Positions 1-16,229 of a stretch of DNA of 64,000 nucleotides are shown here, piece by piece. How positions within the stretch are numbered: the stretch's first letter is position 1; the number at the start of each line of letters is the position of its first letter. The notes below the pieces were generated by a model. The model worked only from the letters and a program-made list of their open reading frames with translations. It did no database searches and was not told the origin of the DNA. Location of the stretch: NCBI RefSeq assembly GCF_009914755.1, contig NC_060930.1; one strand, 5' to 3'. Source of the DNA: the human T2T-CHM13v2.0 reference genome, Homo sapiens. Position numbers and translations under genes: made by a program.

Positions 1-629
1 GACACTCCAATGTTTAAAGACTATTAAAATAAAGAAATCAATTTTGAAAAAAACAAAACACAAATATTGTTTCTATGAGTCTGATGAGATGCAAAAATGT
101 GCCTTGCTTATATTCACTTATTCCTTGCTCAGATTTAGGATGGAGACAGAAAAATGGAGATACAGTCTTGCTGCTATTGGGTATAATTCTTGTGACCTTT
201 TCACATCTCTATGATGAAATGAAGAAGGTGAGAGGAGTAAGTTTCATCTACTCTTGGATAACATTAAAAAAAAAAACTACCTCTTTCCCGCCATTTTCAC
301 AGCCAGATCCTAATCAACTTTCCTCTGGGCTCTGATAAAGTTTCTTTGTCAGCCTCCTTGCCTGGCCCTTCTGCTGGAGCTGAAAAAATAATTGCTCTCT
401 CTTAAGGGTCATTTTGACCATGTTATATCTCTTTATTTGAGTCCAGATTTCCTCTCAATTACTTTTTTCTTTGTTTTGGTCAGGAAGAAAACTTTCAAGC
501 TTGTTTTTTTAAAAGTTGAAGAACATAGTAAGTCATGAAAAACAAAACAAGAGAAAACTCCAAACTTAAGTTCCCCACAATCCCTAAACTGTTCCTAATA
601 TTGGGGTGGATGTATATGTATGTGTATAC

Positions 630-1137
630 ATGTGTTTGACTTATTTCTTGCAATAAAAAACTCCAAAACTTAGTGACTTAAAATACAACAGCTTTCACAT
701 CTCTTAAGACTTTGTGGCTTAGTAATTTGAACAGATCTTGGCTGGGTGATTCTTCTACTCCATGTTGTGTTGAATGAGGTCACTTGGTAGTTTTTAACTG
801 GTAGCTTACCAGGGTCTAGAGATTTCAAGGCAGCGTTACTCACCTGCCGGGTATCTTGACCACAGTGACTCTGCTGGGCCCTTTTCCCTCGCCAGATGAG
901 CTGAAGGTCTCTCCATAAGGTCTCTTCAGCTGGTAGTTGGAATCTTTACACTCAGGCCTCAGGGCTCCAAGAGTAAGTTTTGAGAGATAGGAAGAGGAAG
1001 CTGCCAGTGTCTTAGGGGTGAGGAAACTAACATGATGCCACTTCTGCTGTATTTAATTGGTCAAAGGAGTTCCAGAGTCTGTCCAGTTTCTCAGAGAGGA
1101 GTGTCAGAGGATTTGTGGCCGTCTTTAATTTTCTATA
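630..1137 (-). mobile_element. MaLR LTR (MLT1H/G-like)
   Basis: The reverse complement of the right end (attaaagacggccacaaatcctctgacactcctc) matches the recalled MLT1H 5' end; the left end has the typical MLT1 'aaaacttagtgacttaaaa' motif. Confidence 0.75.
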
Positions 1138-1224
1138 ATTTACCCTTTGGTCACGAATGATTTATACTTCTCTCATATGCAAAATATACTTGTTCTAGAT
1201 CACTAAAACCTCATCCCGTTACAT

Positions 1225-1405
1225 CAGGGATTGGCAAACTATGGGCTTCCACTTATTTTCATAACGTTTTACAGGAACATAGACATGCCTTTTAATTTAT
1301 ATGTTGTCTAGTGCTGCTTTCATGCTGTAGTAGTAGAGTCGAATAATTGTGACAGAGGCCTTATGGCCTGCAAGTCTAAAATATTTACTATCTGGCCACC
1401 TCCTG
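1225..1405 (+). mobile_element. MER58A-like hAT-Charlie MITE
   Basis: cagggattggcaaactatgg ... gcctgcaagtctaaaatatttactatctggcc...cctg, resembling the MER58 consensus. Confidence 0.8.
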
Positions 1406-2364
1406 CTATCAGCTCAAAGTCCAGGATCTCATCTTTTAAATTAAGGCAAGATAGAGATAAGGATCCTTAAGCACAGTTCATCGAGTACAGTTACTTTCTA
1501 TCTGAAGAACTATGAACTCAAGAGACTAACCTCCACAATACACAATGGTAGCTCAGAGATAGGGGAACCCCAACGGACATTCCATTTCAGAACGAAATGG
1601 TAGGCACATAGCAGTCACTAGTCCTTAGCAGTTCTAAAGTCTAATCAAGCATATTTTGCCAGTTCCTTGATTATGGCCCTGCCCTACTCCTTGGGGAGAC
1701 TTTTCCATGGCTCGTGGCTCAATCCTCCGGGCTTTTGGTTCTGCCAAAATTATCCTTCCTTTTCTATGTGACCTGTGTTTAGAGCTGAGTAGTTTTCTCA
1801 GCCTGCTTCTTGCCCATAGAAGGTTGGGATCCAGCAATGTGTTTTCATTCTAAACTGTTTCTGTCTCTTTTAGTTAAAGTGAAAAAAATTGTTTTATAAA
1901 CTTTATGAGTTTGTTCGGCATCATTTTATAATAAACTTCTTTAGACAAAAGCCACACCAATATTTCTTTCTTAGATACCCCCTTCTCTACCTTTGGCAAC
2001 CGTGAACCTGTTATGGGATAATACCCTGATGATTCTGAAAAGTCCAGCTGCTTCACTGAGAAGGTCTGTGAAGCATACCCCAGAGATTCTTTCCTACTAG
2101 GACTTAAATATTTCGGAATGGTCTTACAGCCATGCCTTGAAATCTTTAACTTGAAGTCATGCTTTACTGATGGCACTCTGGATTTCAGCTTTGCTTTGAA
2201 GCTATTTCACTGAGAATATTTTGCTGGGAGAGACTGGGAATAAGGAATAATTTTTACTTTCAAACTAAGCAAGTCCTAGATTCTTCATATTTTCTCTAAA
2301 ATCTTCTGGAATGCTTAATAGTTCCTTTTTAAGCCTGTCAGTCTTTTCTAGTCTGTGGTCATAG

Positions 2365-2845
<481 letters not shown>

Positions 2846-5800
2846 TGACATCATTCTCTTTTACCTATCCTCTCCTGTAACTTGATATATTCTGCCTATT
2901 GCTCACACACTAAATTAAATAACTGTTTCTTATTCTTTCTCTAGGTATTTTGCTGCAATGACTATGTGTTCTGAATATTCTGACAGAGTTAAGATTTGTG
3001 TGTCAAGGAATCCCTAAGTCAAATATAATTGTTTACACCTCAATTATTTCCTAGGATTGCTTTCCTCAATCTCTTTTAATGCTGCAACTTGGCAGGAAAA
3101 ATATTGGAAAGAGAAAAACAGAAGGAAATTAAATATAAGGACAGGAGAAAGGTCATAGGCAGCTACCTCTTTATCTTTGGAGTAGTTTAGTTTAGGAGTT
3201 TAGGACATAATTTAAGAAGTGCTTGGTAGTTAAGTGTATCATGATACATGGCCATAGCATGGACTCTGGCCCTTTTTTCCTGTTTTTGCTTCTCCATTTT
3301 TGAATTCTCTACACATCTTCAACCTAATAGATTGACAAAGCTGAGAGGTTGGCAGGTGAGTGTGGGCTGTGCATACAAACAACTAGTTGTTTCTGGGTTG
3401 CAAATATTGTTTTGTGTCAACTGGTTTTTGGTTAATTGTCTTAATTCACTACCACTATTTTCTCAGACCTATTAGGGCAGTTATTCTTGGGGAGGTAGCA
3501 GAATGGGAATGGTATAGATGAAGGAAATGGAAGGAAAGGGAAAGGAAGCATACATATCAGAAAAAAAAATCACCTGGAAAGCTTATTCAAAATACACATA
3601 TCTGGATTCCCAGTAGGAATCACTAGAGAAGTGGTGGTTGTTTTCCAGGGGCTCTTCACAGTCTGATGGTATCTTCTTCAATAATTGGGCTTTTAATTCT
3701 ATTTTATCAAACAATTCTGCTTGCTTTACAATTTTTTCACTCATGGTTTGGCACTGGATTCTTGGTCAGAACTTTATAGTATAGACCTCTGAACAAGTAA
3801 GTTCTACTTCTTTGTGGGCCTCATTTAGTACTCATCCTTCCTACCTTACAGAGGAGTTTCAAATACTATAATGGATGTGAAGTACCTGAAAACTCTAAAG
3901 AGCCTTGAGCATCATTTTGAAGGGCTTTGAAAGGCTTTCCTGTGGAAAAGACTTCCCGTGGAAGAAGCATTATCCATGTTGTCTGTGCTCCCACAGGTAG
4001 CACAATTTAAAATAAAACTAAATCAGCTTAACTTTCCACTGTACACCCCAAGTGTGGGCAGCCAGCTGCTCTGCATTTGAGAGTGATGCATTAAAACATC
4101 ATGAAAGACTTCCAAGGGGGTATTCAAAATCCAGTCAGGCAACCATTAGCAACTCTTCTTCCTTCAAGGAATAGATGGGTTCACCTGGAGTCCTGAAGAT
4201 GATATTTGTGGAGAGGGCCCTTAGGGTGTTTTCACTCTCCCCAGTCATGTGTGGTAGGAATAAAGAAGGTCTTTTTTCTCTTTCTAAGTTCAGGGAAAGA
4301 GGTTTTAGTGGACTGAACCACTGTTGAGAGCTAGACATGCTTTTCTTAAAGTTGCTGTCTGGCTTATTCAAAAAATATATCTACATGGCTGAAGACTATG
4401 GTTATCTGGCTGTGACGGTGGTGAGAAAAGAGGTAGATACAGTGGCACTAACCTGCTCAGAAATTGGGATCTTAATGCCATTTGACCAGACCATTGCTAC
4501 TTGCTCCTTTAGAGTTAGTCTAGCTAAGGATGCATGGTTATCTCCTCTGGGCTGGATAAGGTCACACAAGAGGAGTTGTCTTGGATCTTGCCCCAGAGTG
4601 TCACATAAGAAGGACACTGAAATGTCAAGGGAAGTACTAGCAAGAAATCCAACGATGGTGGGATGTCAAGGGGCTTGAAAGAAAGCCCAACTTTAAATGT
4701 CTGCTAAGATCAAACAGCATCAAACTTATACTGCCATAAAGTACCAATGAAAATGAGATCTTTCTTGATCTTTGCCTCCTCTCTCTCTCCATCCTCAACC
4801 TGGAGGCGGCAGAGGTAGCCTAGTGAGTGACTGGGAGGAAAAGTGCCAGGTGGGGAAAGAGATATATATATCATATGAATATAAAGAAAAAAGTCACGGG
4901 GACTTTCCAAGTGTTTATAAGGGCATGAAAACAAAAGAACCAGCTCCTCAGAGCAAGCTTTAATGGCAGTGGCAGTAAAAATAAATTTATTTTCTGTTGC
5001 ACTTTTGGAGTCTTGTTCAATGCAATGATTGCACAGATGCTTGTGTTAGAACCTAGGAGTGGAAGTTGCAGGCTTATTTCTAAGAAAACATTTGTAACCA
5101 CAAGAGTTGTTCAAAAAAAGTTTTTCAATAGAAGAATGTTGTTTGACTTAATTATAAAAGTTCTGATAGCTACAAAATTAGGACTAAAAAATATGCTATA
5201 TAATTTTTTTTATTGTCAGTGCTTATTAGTTCTTTTCTTCCCCACTCACCTTATTTTGCAAGTTACTTTTGGCTGAAGCTGATATCAATTGCCACATTAT
5301 TCCACACAATTTCCTGGTCTCACCTCTACAGATAACATATGGATTTAGCTACTAACATGTTTTTCTAGCTTTCAGAAATGTAGGCAAAAGTTGGAAGCTA
5401 TATATCATTTCAGAAAACCTACTAACTTATTGAGGGAGAGATATCATCGACAGATAATGAGGAAATAATCTTTTCTCATGCTATGGACCATATTTTAATT
5501 CCAAGAGCTTGTCTGATTAATTCTCAACTAAAATATGTAGACAGTAGATATAAAGATATGAAAGAATTCTAAATGGCACAACTTCCCAGAATCAGTGTCA
5601 AGGTAACAGTCCAACTGCTCATCAGAAGCAGAAACTGAGAACAAATTCACTGAGAAATATCTTTCAGAGACTGGAGAAGTCTCTTATTTTGAAAAGTTCT
5701 TCTCTGCTGCTATTTTCAGGCATTGAGTAATGCAAAAGATTTTCTAGGTGAACTCAGCTGACTACTTGTAAAAAAGTCAAATAATAGAAAAGGAGATGTA

Positions 5801-5959
5801 GAATTCTTTTTCTTTTTTTTTTTCTTTTTGGAATATTTGGAGCTTTCTGGGAATGGTTTGGGAGCTTTTCCTTTACACCCAGGCTTTCTTCATAAAAATG
5901 AACACAAGTTTGTTCTATTCTCTAACTTTATAGTCTTTTACTTAAAAAAACTCCAGCCT

Positions 5960-6600
5960 AGTAGATGCATCTTTAGGGCATATGCCCAGCCACAACCCTC
6001 TTTCCCTTAGAGCTGCACTATCACTACCCACCCCCATGGGCAGGCCTAACAACAGTGCACACAACTCTTCCTCTTGGGCCATAGCAGATCAGACTAGAGG
6101 TAAACTTCTAAATATGGGGGGTCAATTTAGTCTTGTTTCCAGGAATTAGGAGTTGAGATTCAGAAATTCTAGCTGATTTATTCAGTTGTCTTAGTTGAGT
6201 AACACAAATTTCTGAAGAGAGGAAGGAATTTTCTATTGTGTTGGTCATTTTGAGTCACATTGGTTTCAAAAAAAAAAGAGAAATAGGAAGCCAACATGCT
6301 GGGTATATACCCAAAAGAATAGAAATCATTCTACTATATATAAAAACACATGCTGATAGATAAAGTGAGGAGACCACATAGATGGACAGAATGAGAGCAA
6401 GAGTGAGAAAGGGAGACCAGAAGAGCCGTTGTCTTGGTTTTGGATGGGTTTCCTCTGATGTTCCTAGACTTTGCTAATGCCATTGATAGGCCTTTGATTC
6501 CATGGCATACCTCAAGGTCATCATAACATTTTGTCCCTTTTACTTGTCCTTTGTCCTTTTTGAATTAAGTGGGTTTTATTATTTGCAACCAAAAAACAAA
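5960..6600 (+). mobile_element. Old MaLR LTR (MLT1J/K/L-like), approximate bounds
   Basis: Ends with 'gtgggttttattatttgcaaccaaaa', typical of old MLT1 3' ends; heavily diverged. Confidence 0.45.
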
Positions 6601-7069
6601 AGTTAGTGGAATATTCACCCAATTGCAAAAGTAAATTTCGACAGCTCAACACACTCTTCGACTTCCACTGCTAGTGACTGATCACTTAGAAGGGTACTTG
6701 TAATGCCAACTCAGTAATCTCAAAGAACATACTGTTTATATCCCCACATTTCCATGGTTGTTTGTACCTTTGTCTTGAAGTAGAGCACACTCACTTATTA
6801 TGTATCATTGCAGGAAAACAGACTTTAAGAATACATCATCAGCCAATATTTATGTCCATCACTGGAGCTAGGGGTCCTCTATACTATGTCTTCTCCTGTT
6901 ATCACCACAGGAGTCATAAAGACCAAGATTCAAATCCTCCAGGCTTTCTTCAAATCCTCCAGGTTTTCCTCAAATGATGAAGTTCTGCTGATGTTAAAAA
7001 TTAATGTAGACACCACACCTTCCTCTCTAGACTTCTTAGTTGCTTCTGTTGCAATTTATAATGTGGCTT

Positions 7070-7189
7070 TTTAATTTAATTTAATTTTAATTTTAATTTT
7101 TTGAAATATAATTTAATTGTAAATTCCAGGATACATGTGCAGGATATGGAGGATTGTTACATAGGTAAACATGTACCATGGTGGTTTGC
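7070..7189 (-). mobile_element. L1PA 3' end fragment
   Basis: T-rich tail followed by 'ggatacatgtgcagga...ttgttacataggtaaacatgtaccatggtggtttgc', the reverse complement of an L1PA 3' terminus. Confidence 0.85.
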
Positions 7190-7882
7190 AATTATTAAAA
7201 AGTCAAAAAAAACAACTGATGCTGGCAAAGCTGTGGAGCAAGGGAATGCTTATACATTATTGGTGGGATGCAAATTAGTTCAATGACTGTGGAAAGTACT
7301 TTGGAGATTTCTCAAATAACTTAAAACAGAGTTACCAATCAACCCAGTAATCCCATTACTGGGTATATATCTAAAGAAAAATAAATTGTTCTACCAAATG
7401 TCACATGCACTTGTATGTTAATCACAGCACTATTCATGGTAGCAAAGACATGCAAACAACCTAAGTGCCCATAAACAGACTGGATAAAGAAAACAGGGTA
7501 CATATATACCATGGAATACTATACAGCTATAAAAAAGAATGAAATCATGCCCTTTGCTGCAACATGGATGAAGCTGGAGGCCATTATCCTAAGTGAATTG
7601 ATACAGGAAGGGAAAACCAAACACCACATGTTCTCACTTATAAGTGGAAGCTAAACACTCATGGACATAAAGACAGCAACAATATACACTGGGACTACTA
7701 GAAGGAGGAGGGAGGAAGGGATATACGTGTTGAAAAACTAACTATTGGGTACTATGCTCAGTACCTGGGTGATGGTATCAGTTGTATCCCAAACCTCAGC
7801 ATCATGCAAAATACCCAGGTAATAAACCTGCACATGTACCCCATGCATGTAAAATAAGTTGAAGTTATTAAATAAATAAATA
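7190..7882 (+). mobile_element. L1PA15/16-like ORF2 C-terminus and 3' UTR
   Basis: attattaaaaagtcaaaaaaacaactgatgctggc ... ggttgaaaaactaactattgggtactatgctcagtacctgggtgatgg-like 3' UTR ... aaataaataaa tail. Confidence 0.9.
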
Positions 7883-8065
7883 CATGTATTTTTTAAAAAA
7901 TTTAGTGTTTGTCTCTGAAAGCAATCTTATTAATCATATTGAGATTTTGCACTTATTTATCACCTACTGGTTTCCTCCAAGATTGGGAGCTGTGTTTAAA
8001 TTCATCCTATATAATTAAGAAATTTTTTCCTTCTTCCGTTTTTTCCTTGAATTTCTATCAGCTTT

Positions 8066-8510
8066 CCTTCATTCGACCAATTATTATTGATCGCTCATCA
8101 TGTTTTAGGCCATGTACTAGACCCTGGCTATATGGTGGTGAACAATAACAATGAAAAAGACTTGGTTTTCCTTTTATTGGGGGAAATAGATATTAAGCAT
8201 ATAAATGAGCATAATAATTAGCATTGGTGATAAAAGCTCTGAAAGAAACAAAGTGAAAATATGGAAGGCTACAGAGGAAACACAATTGCTAGAGGAGGCA
8301 GGGAACGCTTCTCAGCAGAGGTGACATTTTGTCCATGATGGGACAGCTGAGGTAAAAAGCCAAAGAAGTCAGCCTACAGACAGGGAAGTGAGGGTTTTGA
8401 GATCTTTAGGATTTGAAGTAAGGGTGGAGGGCAGTGAACTTTACCTATATGGAAACCCTGGGCTGGGAAAAAGTTTGGCATTTTGGAATATTTTAAGGGA
8501 AGCCAATGTG
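8066..8510 (-). mobile_element. L2 3' fragment
   Basis: 'ttcattc..ttattga' start followed by the purine-rich antisense L2 body. Confidence 0.65.
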
Positions 8511-8519
8511 AAATCCATT

Positions 8520-9156
8520 TATAACAAATATTTTACAGTACCCCTTTTACTATCCTGAAATGAAATTCACATGTACTTACATACTTCATTTCAAAAAAAA
8601 ATCAATAAAATGCCTTAACTGGGATACAATAAAGAAACAAAAGTCAATAAATATATTGCAAGTTAATAAGAATTTTAGGTGTGAATTGTTGACCACAGAT
8701 ATTCTAGAAGGTATAATGAAGTTGTCAGATGTTTGTAATCCAAACATCAAATCACTATGAATGAAACACAGCATAGTTATGTTGGTTGGTAACTCACATT
8801 TCATGAGTTAGGTTGCTATTGATGACTTGATATTCCTACATGAGGAACAATATTTGGTAAATTTCTGAATAAAATGAAATACCACTTCCCTTGATTAACA
8901 CAGAAGTCATTTATATTAAAACCTCGCAAAAGTTATTTGTTAAATATAAAAAAAAAATCAGGTTTGGGTAATAAGTTTCAAAGAAATGTTTTAACTTACA
9001 TGAATATTTAGTGGGATATTCTAAAGTTGTGTGGAATGAAGGAAGTTTCTTCACCATGCTAGCTCAACCCATTAAATGTTAATAGGGACCTCCAGTCACT
9101 CTGATAAGTAAAAATGTACTTCCCAGGGAATGTGCTACATCCTTAAGAGTCATTGG
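8520..9156 (+). mobile_element. MER20B-like hAT-Charlie element
   Basis: 'cccttttactatcctgaaatgaaattca', 'ataatgaagttgtcagatg' and a MER20-like end match the recalled consensus. Confidence 0.65.
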
Positions 9157-10871
9157 AGTTAATTAAGCCTTATGACTAATTGGAAGAGATACTCAAGGCA
9201 AGGCTGGAGAATGGGCAGGGCTGGGTCATCCAGAAAGTCTACAACCCAGCAGGCTGGTCAAAGAGTTGCAGGCCCCTCCTTCAAGGTCTCATGGGTCTTT
9301 GCCATAAACTTTTAACTTTTTAGTCTTTTGGCTTTGTTTGTTTTATGACTATTTCTTATAAACAACATATTTTTTTCTGAGTTGTTTTTAGACTCACTTT
9401 AAGAGACATTATCAACCCTTTGGGTCTCTAGGTTGCAAATCACTGCTGTATATACACAAACTGGAGCAGTGCCGATAAACAGAGGCTGCTCAAAACGTAT
9501 TTGATAAACAAACACAAATCAACTACTTCCTTTAATTTTCTTAAATCTTTTAGAAGTTATACATCCTGATTTTATTTTATATGTGTTATTTGTAAACTTT
9601 CCTAAACCATTCATTAATATTTTCTGTAATTACCAAAATTAAGAGTGAACTAGTTTATTTTGAAACCTCTTTATTCAAGAGTGCTTCTATTCTTCCCTTA
9701 TTACTTGTCTTTGGTTAATCAAATCTTGGGATTTAGATCTATTTTATAACTAAGACTTTGTTTCATTAAGAAACCTTTCTTTTTGACATTTACCTCTAGT
9801 TTTATAACTAGATTTGCAATTATTTGGATATCTGATTTTAATTGATCTCCATGTTCACTGCCTATTCTTTTATGCTGACTTTTCTGTTCCTGAGTTGTTA
9901 ATTATATCTCTTCTTCTTTTTGTCTTCAAATTTTTTTTCAAGAGGGTTACAAAGGTGGCATCTTTCTAGAGACCTCATATTTGATCACCTTCAGTAAGAG
10001 GCCACTTGGATAAGTATTGAATTCTTGGGTTACAACCCTTGAATAATTAGCTCCTGAATAACTGAGAGTTGATTTGAATAACGTAGCATTTTAAAGAACA
10101 CCATTTCCGAGAACACTGTTATTTACACTGTTTTGAAATGTAAATTTTTCAGAATCAATTTTTGTTTCAGCTTCTGTATGTGGAGCAACTTCTTTATTGC
10201 TAGATATGAGATGCCCTATCCCATCTCTTCCCTTAGAAGATCAGATACGACAGAGACAGCAGAGGATTTGGCAGTCATTTATTCTTTCATTTGTTCAACC
10301 AAGAATACAAAGGTGTATGATTCACCTAACATTTATTGAGCAGTTACATTTTTGCTCATAAACACCATTCAAAAGAAGAGAAGGTTATGATCCCTGACAT
10401 TTGAGGAATTTACTATCTGTTTGGAGATAAGAAATCCATAAAAATAACTGGAGAGCCAATTTTAAGGCAGTGTACAAATAAAGCATGTCTGTAAAGCAAT
10501 GAGATAGATGTTTCATGCTAGAAGTAAAAAACTAATGTCTCTACACACTTAATATACATAAAAGTCATAAAACTACTTATTTATTTAATTTTGCATTTGG
10601 TGTTTGCCCATCTCTGTTTAGCATATTGAATACCTATCTAAAAGTGATTAAAATTGAGTGAGGAACTCAAAGAGTTTATAGAACAGTGAGAAAGAGAATC
10701 CAGTCATAAGAAAATGCATCTGGAGTAAAACTGGATGTACAGACTTCCTGGAATGGGCATATATTTATGCTACCTCAGTGTGTTATTTGAGTAGATATGT
10801 AGTTAAACAGAAAGGATGTAAAACATCAGGCTGAAGGTAAAATGCCATTATGTTTATGTTTTTTTTCTTTT

Positions 10872-12200
<1,329 letters not shown>

Positions 12201-12435
12201 CTATATTTATGATTTTTATATAATCACATCAGCACGGAAGAACTGTTGGTGCCTAGTATGCATCTTGCATATTTGGCATCCAAAACTATTGCTTGATTTG
12301 ATTTCGTTTCAATCTAAAACTTTTTTTTTTTTGTAATATTAACATTTGGGGGAATTTATGCTCAGCTGCTCTTCAGAGAATAGAACACAGAGATGGTAGA
12401 ATTGGTAAACTGTAAACTAGTGTGGATGAATCTTT

Positions 12436-12903
12436 TGTAATGGTTGATTTTGTGTCACAGGGTACCCAGATATTTGGTTAAACATTTTTTCTGTGTGTGT
12501 TTGTGAGAGTATTTCTGGATAAGATTAACATTTGAATTAGTAAACTGAGTATAGCCGATTGGCCTGCACAATGTCCCCAGGCCTCATCCGATCAGTTGAA
12601 GATTGAATAAAAACAGAAGGCTGAGTAAGGAAGAATTCACTCTCTCTGCTTGACTCCCTTTGAGCTGGGACATCAGTCTCCTCCTGCCTTTGGACTTGGA
12701 CTGAGACTGAAACTTACACCATCAGCTCTCTTGCTTCTTGGGCCTTCAGACTTGGACTGGAGCTATACCATCAGCTCTCAGCTCTCTTTGAGCCTGCTGA
12801 CTTTCCTAGCTTGCAGATCTTAGGACTTGTCAGCCCTCATATTGCATGAGCCAATTCTTTATAATAAATCTCTCTCTCTCCTCACACACATGCGTGTGCA
12901 TAC

Positions 12904-12938
<35 letters not shown>

Positions 12939-12982
12939 CACACACACACTAGTGGTTCCGTTCTCTGGAGAACCCTAATACA
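12436..12982 (+). mobile_element. MLT2 (ERVL) LTR
   Basis: tgtaatggttgattttgtgtca ... ggttccgttctctggagaaccctaataca; contains the usual internal microsatellite. Confidence 0.9.
12900..12949 (+). repeat. (CA)n microsatellite inside the MLT2 LTR
   Basis: About 24 CA units with one interruption. Confidence 0.95.
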
Positions 12983-13335
12983 CATTTTGGTATGGAGTCT
13001 AGAGGAACAGAATCTTAAGAATGAGCTTTCTGAATTGGTTCTGGGGTTTTGGAATTGGCTCTGTAATGTAATTGGATTTAGAGATTCTCATAACTCTATT
13101 TCCAGTAGTAAAGAGAGCATTGATAGTACATGTTGTGCTCTGGTGATAGCGATATACAAAATAGCACCATTTGATACTCTGAACCACTTGTAGGAAGTAA
13201 AGATCTGAATGACTGTTTATGTGAGACTTTCTAACATTTTTGGCAAACTAATGAGTATAATGAGATTGACTGGTTGCTCCTATTGTCACTAGACAAAGTG
13301 GGAAAAATAAAGGATGAGCTCAGGGATTTGAATAT
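12983..13335 (+). mobile_element. ERVL internal 5' fragment (leader / gag start)
   Basis: Directly follows the LTR: 'ttttggta...tctagaggaacagaatcttaagaatgagctttctgaattggttctgggg', typical of the ERVL-int start. Confidence 0.8.
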
Positions 13336-14307
13336 GATAAAGATCAGTGTCCCAGAGGCTGATGGGTGGATCATAGGAATCCCTTAGCCTATTTACCTGA
13401 AAGGGTGCTTGTACCAGGTGTTAACAGACTGGGTGAGTAATTTGAGGGACTTGCTCCAATACTGGGAAAAATGAAAACATGAGGCCATCTTGGAAAGTTT
13501 TTAAGAGCAGAGATAAGCTTTGCTCATCTTTGAAAAAATTGCACATCCATGGGCTTGGTACCTTTTTACTGTTGTGTGTTTAATAAAGGCTGGTTAAACT
13601 GGGCCACATTCTTGATGATGGAGCATTTCCCTTCCTGTTGAGGCTTTTCAATGGCAATAGAATTGCCTAGTAGCTGAAGAATGAGTGCTGAGGTGCAATG
13701 TTCTGGCAAACTAATAAGGAAAGTTTATTGATATAAGTTTGCCTTACTCCAGAATAAGTATTTTTTGGCTGGCAGTGTTTTTTTATTTTATAGCTGTCTT
13801 GACTACTAGCAAGAAACTCAGGGTATATAAATTCTAACTTGGTTTTAACAGTAGGAGAGCACATGGCATCTCTTGGCCTCAGATCCCTCTCCTTCAATTT
13901 AAGTAGGATAATCATATTAACCAAATCATCAGGCTGTTATAAAATATATTTTAATAAAAATATCCCCATACCAAAGAATCCCTTTGGTGATTAAGAAAAA
14001 GTTGGTATAATGAGGTTGTAATCTCCAGCTCAGTAGGAGGGAGAGAACTACAATGGGAAGTATTGAGATTCTTCAACCCCATCAGGGAACAATTACAATA
14101 ATAACCATAATAACAATAATAATAGCAAAAAACCCAATAGTACTTGCCATTTATATTACGTTAGAGCCAGAAATTCTATACAGAAGGAGGGTGGCACCCT
14201 AGTTGGAAGGACGGAGCGAGGCTAGGAGACACCTTGTGGTTGAATTGGTATAGCACTTTACCTTCGATTGAGAAGATGACAACTGTTAGGATCAAAGAAT
14301 GGGGATG

Positions 14308-14611
<304 letters not shown>

Positions 14612-14682
14612 AAAGAATGGGGATGGGGCAGATGAGTGGAGGTGAGGAATAGGGATGGGGGTGGCACATATCCGGCTACCTC

Positions 14683-14893
14683 AATCTTGTGAGCTGAACT
14701 TTTCTAAGCCAAGCAGGCACCTCACTACCAAATGAAAGACCCAGTGATGATTTAAAATGCATATAATCCAAGCCTGTGCCTTTGACAGTCAGTTTTCTCT
14801 AAGAACTTATCCCTAATGTTGACAGGATACCCAACTAATTATCTTTGGTCACTTAATTAATTAATTCCTACAAGAAATTTAACACCTGAACCC
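14683..14893 (+). repeat. Direct repeat, copy 1 (pairs with 16230-16451)
   Basis: Aligned by eye, roughly 80-85% identical; not recognised as a TE. Confidence 0.93.
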
Positions 14894-16229
14894 TCTTCTC
14901 ACTCCCCAGAAACTACTTCTTTATGGCTGATGCATGGTGCTTTGCCATTTCAGAACTTGAAATAGTTTATTCACATCAATATACCTACTGCAGATATAAT
15001 TCCTGTATAGTCTTTGTTCAAAGAAAGTATTATTTGTTCTTTAATTTTTGTTATGTCATTCTCTCACAGGATGGTGCTAGCATATATAAGACTGAAACAC
15101 CAAAGGCCTCCGTGGAAGTTAATGAACTTCTGTGAGTGCACTTTATATTATATAGGAAGTTGTTTGGTAGCAAGTAGCACATATTTGGGTGATAAGGGAT
15201 TAATATGCTTCCATCTACATAAAAGTTCAAAGTTTGATTATTATGCATTGCATATCAGGGTGGATGACTAGTTTTGATTTTGTCAGGATAAATGTGTTCT
15301 CCCTGCTCCAACCATTATGCCAAGGATGGCCTTATTCTAGAACCTCCTAATTCTGTTTTGAACATTCCTAGTCATCATTCCTAAAAATGAAATATTATAT
15401 ACTAGTACATGAGCTCATGAGAGCTTTCATAGCTGTAATTAAAGATGCATAAAAGGCATGTAACACTTTCAACTCAAGTCACATGCTGGTCTGTTTTATC
15501 AACTATTCGCAAAGGTTCTCCTGATTGGTGATTAAAAGTGGATTAACAATTCGACTTTTTTCTTCAGGGTTATGAGTTGGATTCTTCAGCGGAGTATTTG
15601 AGCCATGCCTTGAGGCACATACTTCAAGTTGCTGCATCCAGTTTTAAACTCCAGATTGAGCTTTACATATTAAACGTGCACATTTGTTTTCACATTTTTG
15701 AGCTTTGCCAGTGGCACCCTCTCTAATTAATCATCCCGCAGGCTTAGAAAACTTCTGCCCAATCCTTTCTGATTTGTTAAAAGAAAGAGAGAAGGTTTTA
15801 GTCTGAAAAAGGCCTTATCTGATAGACATCACATTATACGGATTTTTACATTTAAGTACATTTTCTTTTTAAATCCGGTGGCTTTCCCAAACTAGAAAGA
15901 TGGAGTGTTTGCATACATCCACCAACCACCAACATCAGCAGAAAGAAAGCTTGATACAGTAAAGGAAAGAAATGGCAATTTAACAGTTCTTTTATTTTCC
16001 ATTCAGATCACGTACACGTTAACCAAATGAGGCCTCACAGCATGGAATCTGATATCATAGCAATGTTTTCAGGAAGCAATAATTTAATACTCCTCATTAA
16101 AAAGGGTCATAAAAGAATCCTATTAAAACCAATATGAATAATAAACCTTGAAAATGCTGCTTTAAATTCCAAGAGGATGGCGAAGATCTGCGTCAGTAAC
16201 AGTCTTCCTGTTCATAGAGTGATTTTGAA

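Noticed and set aside
4135-4963. Overlapping 60-113 aa ORFs in unique sequence
   Set aside because: No recognisable domain and no convincing splice-site pair; lengths are compatible with chance.
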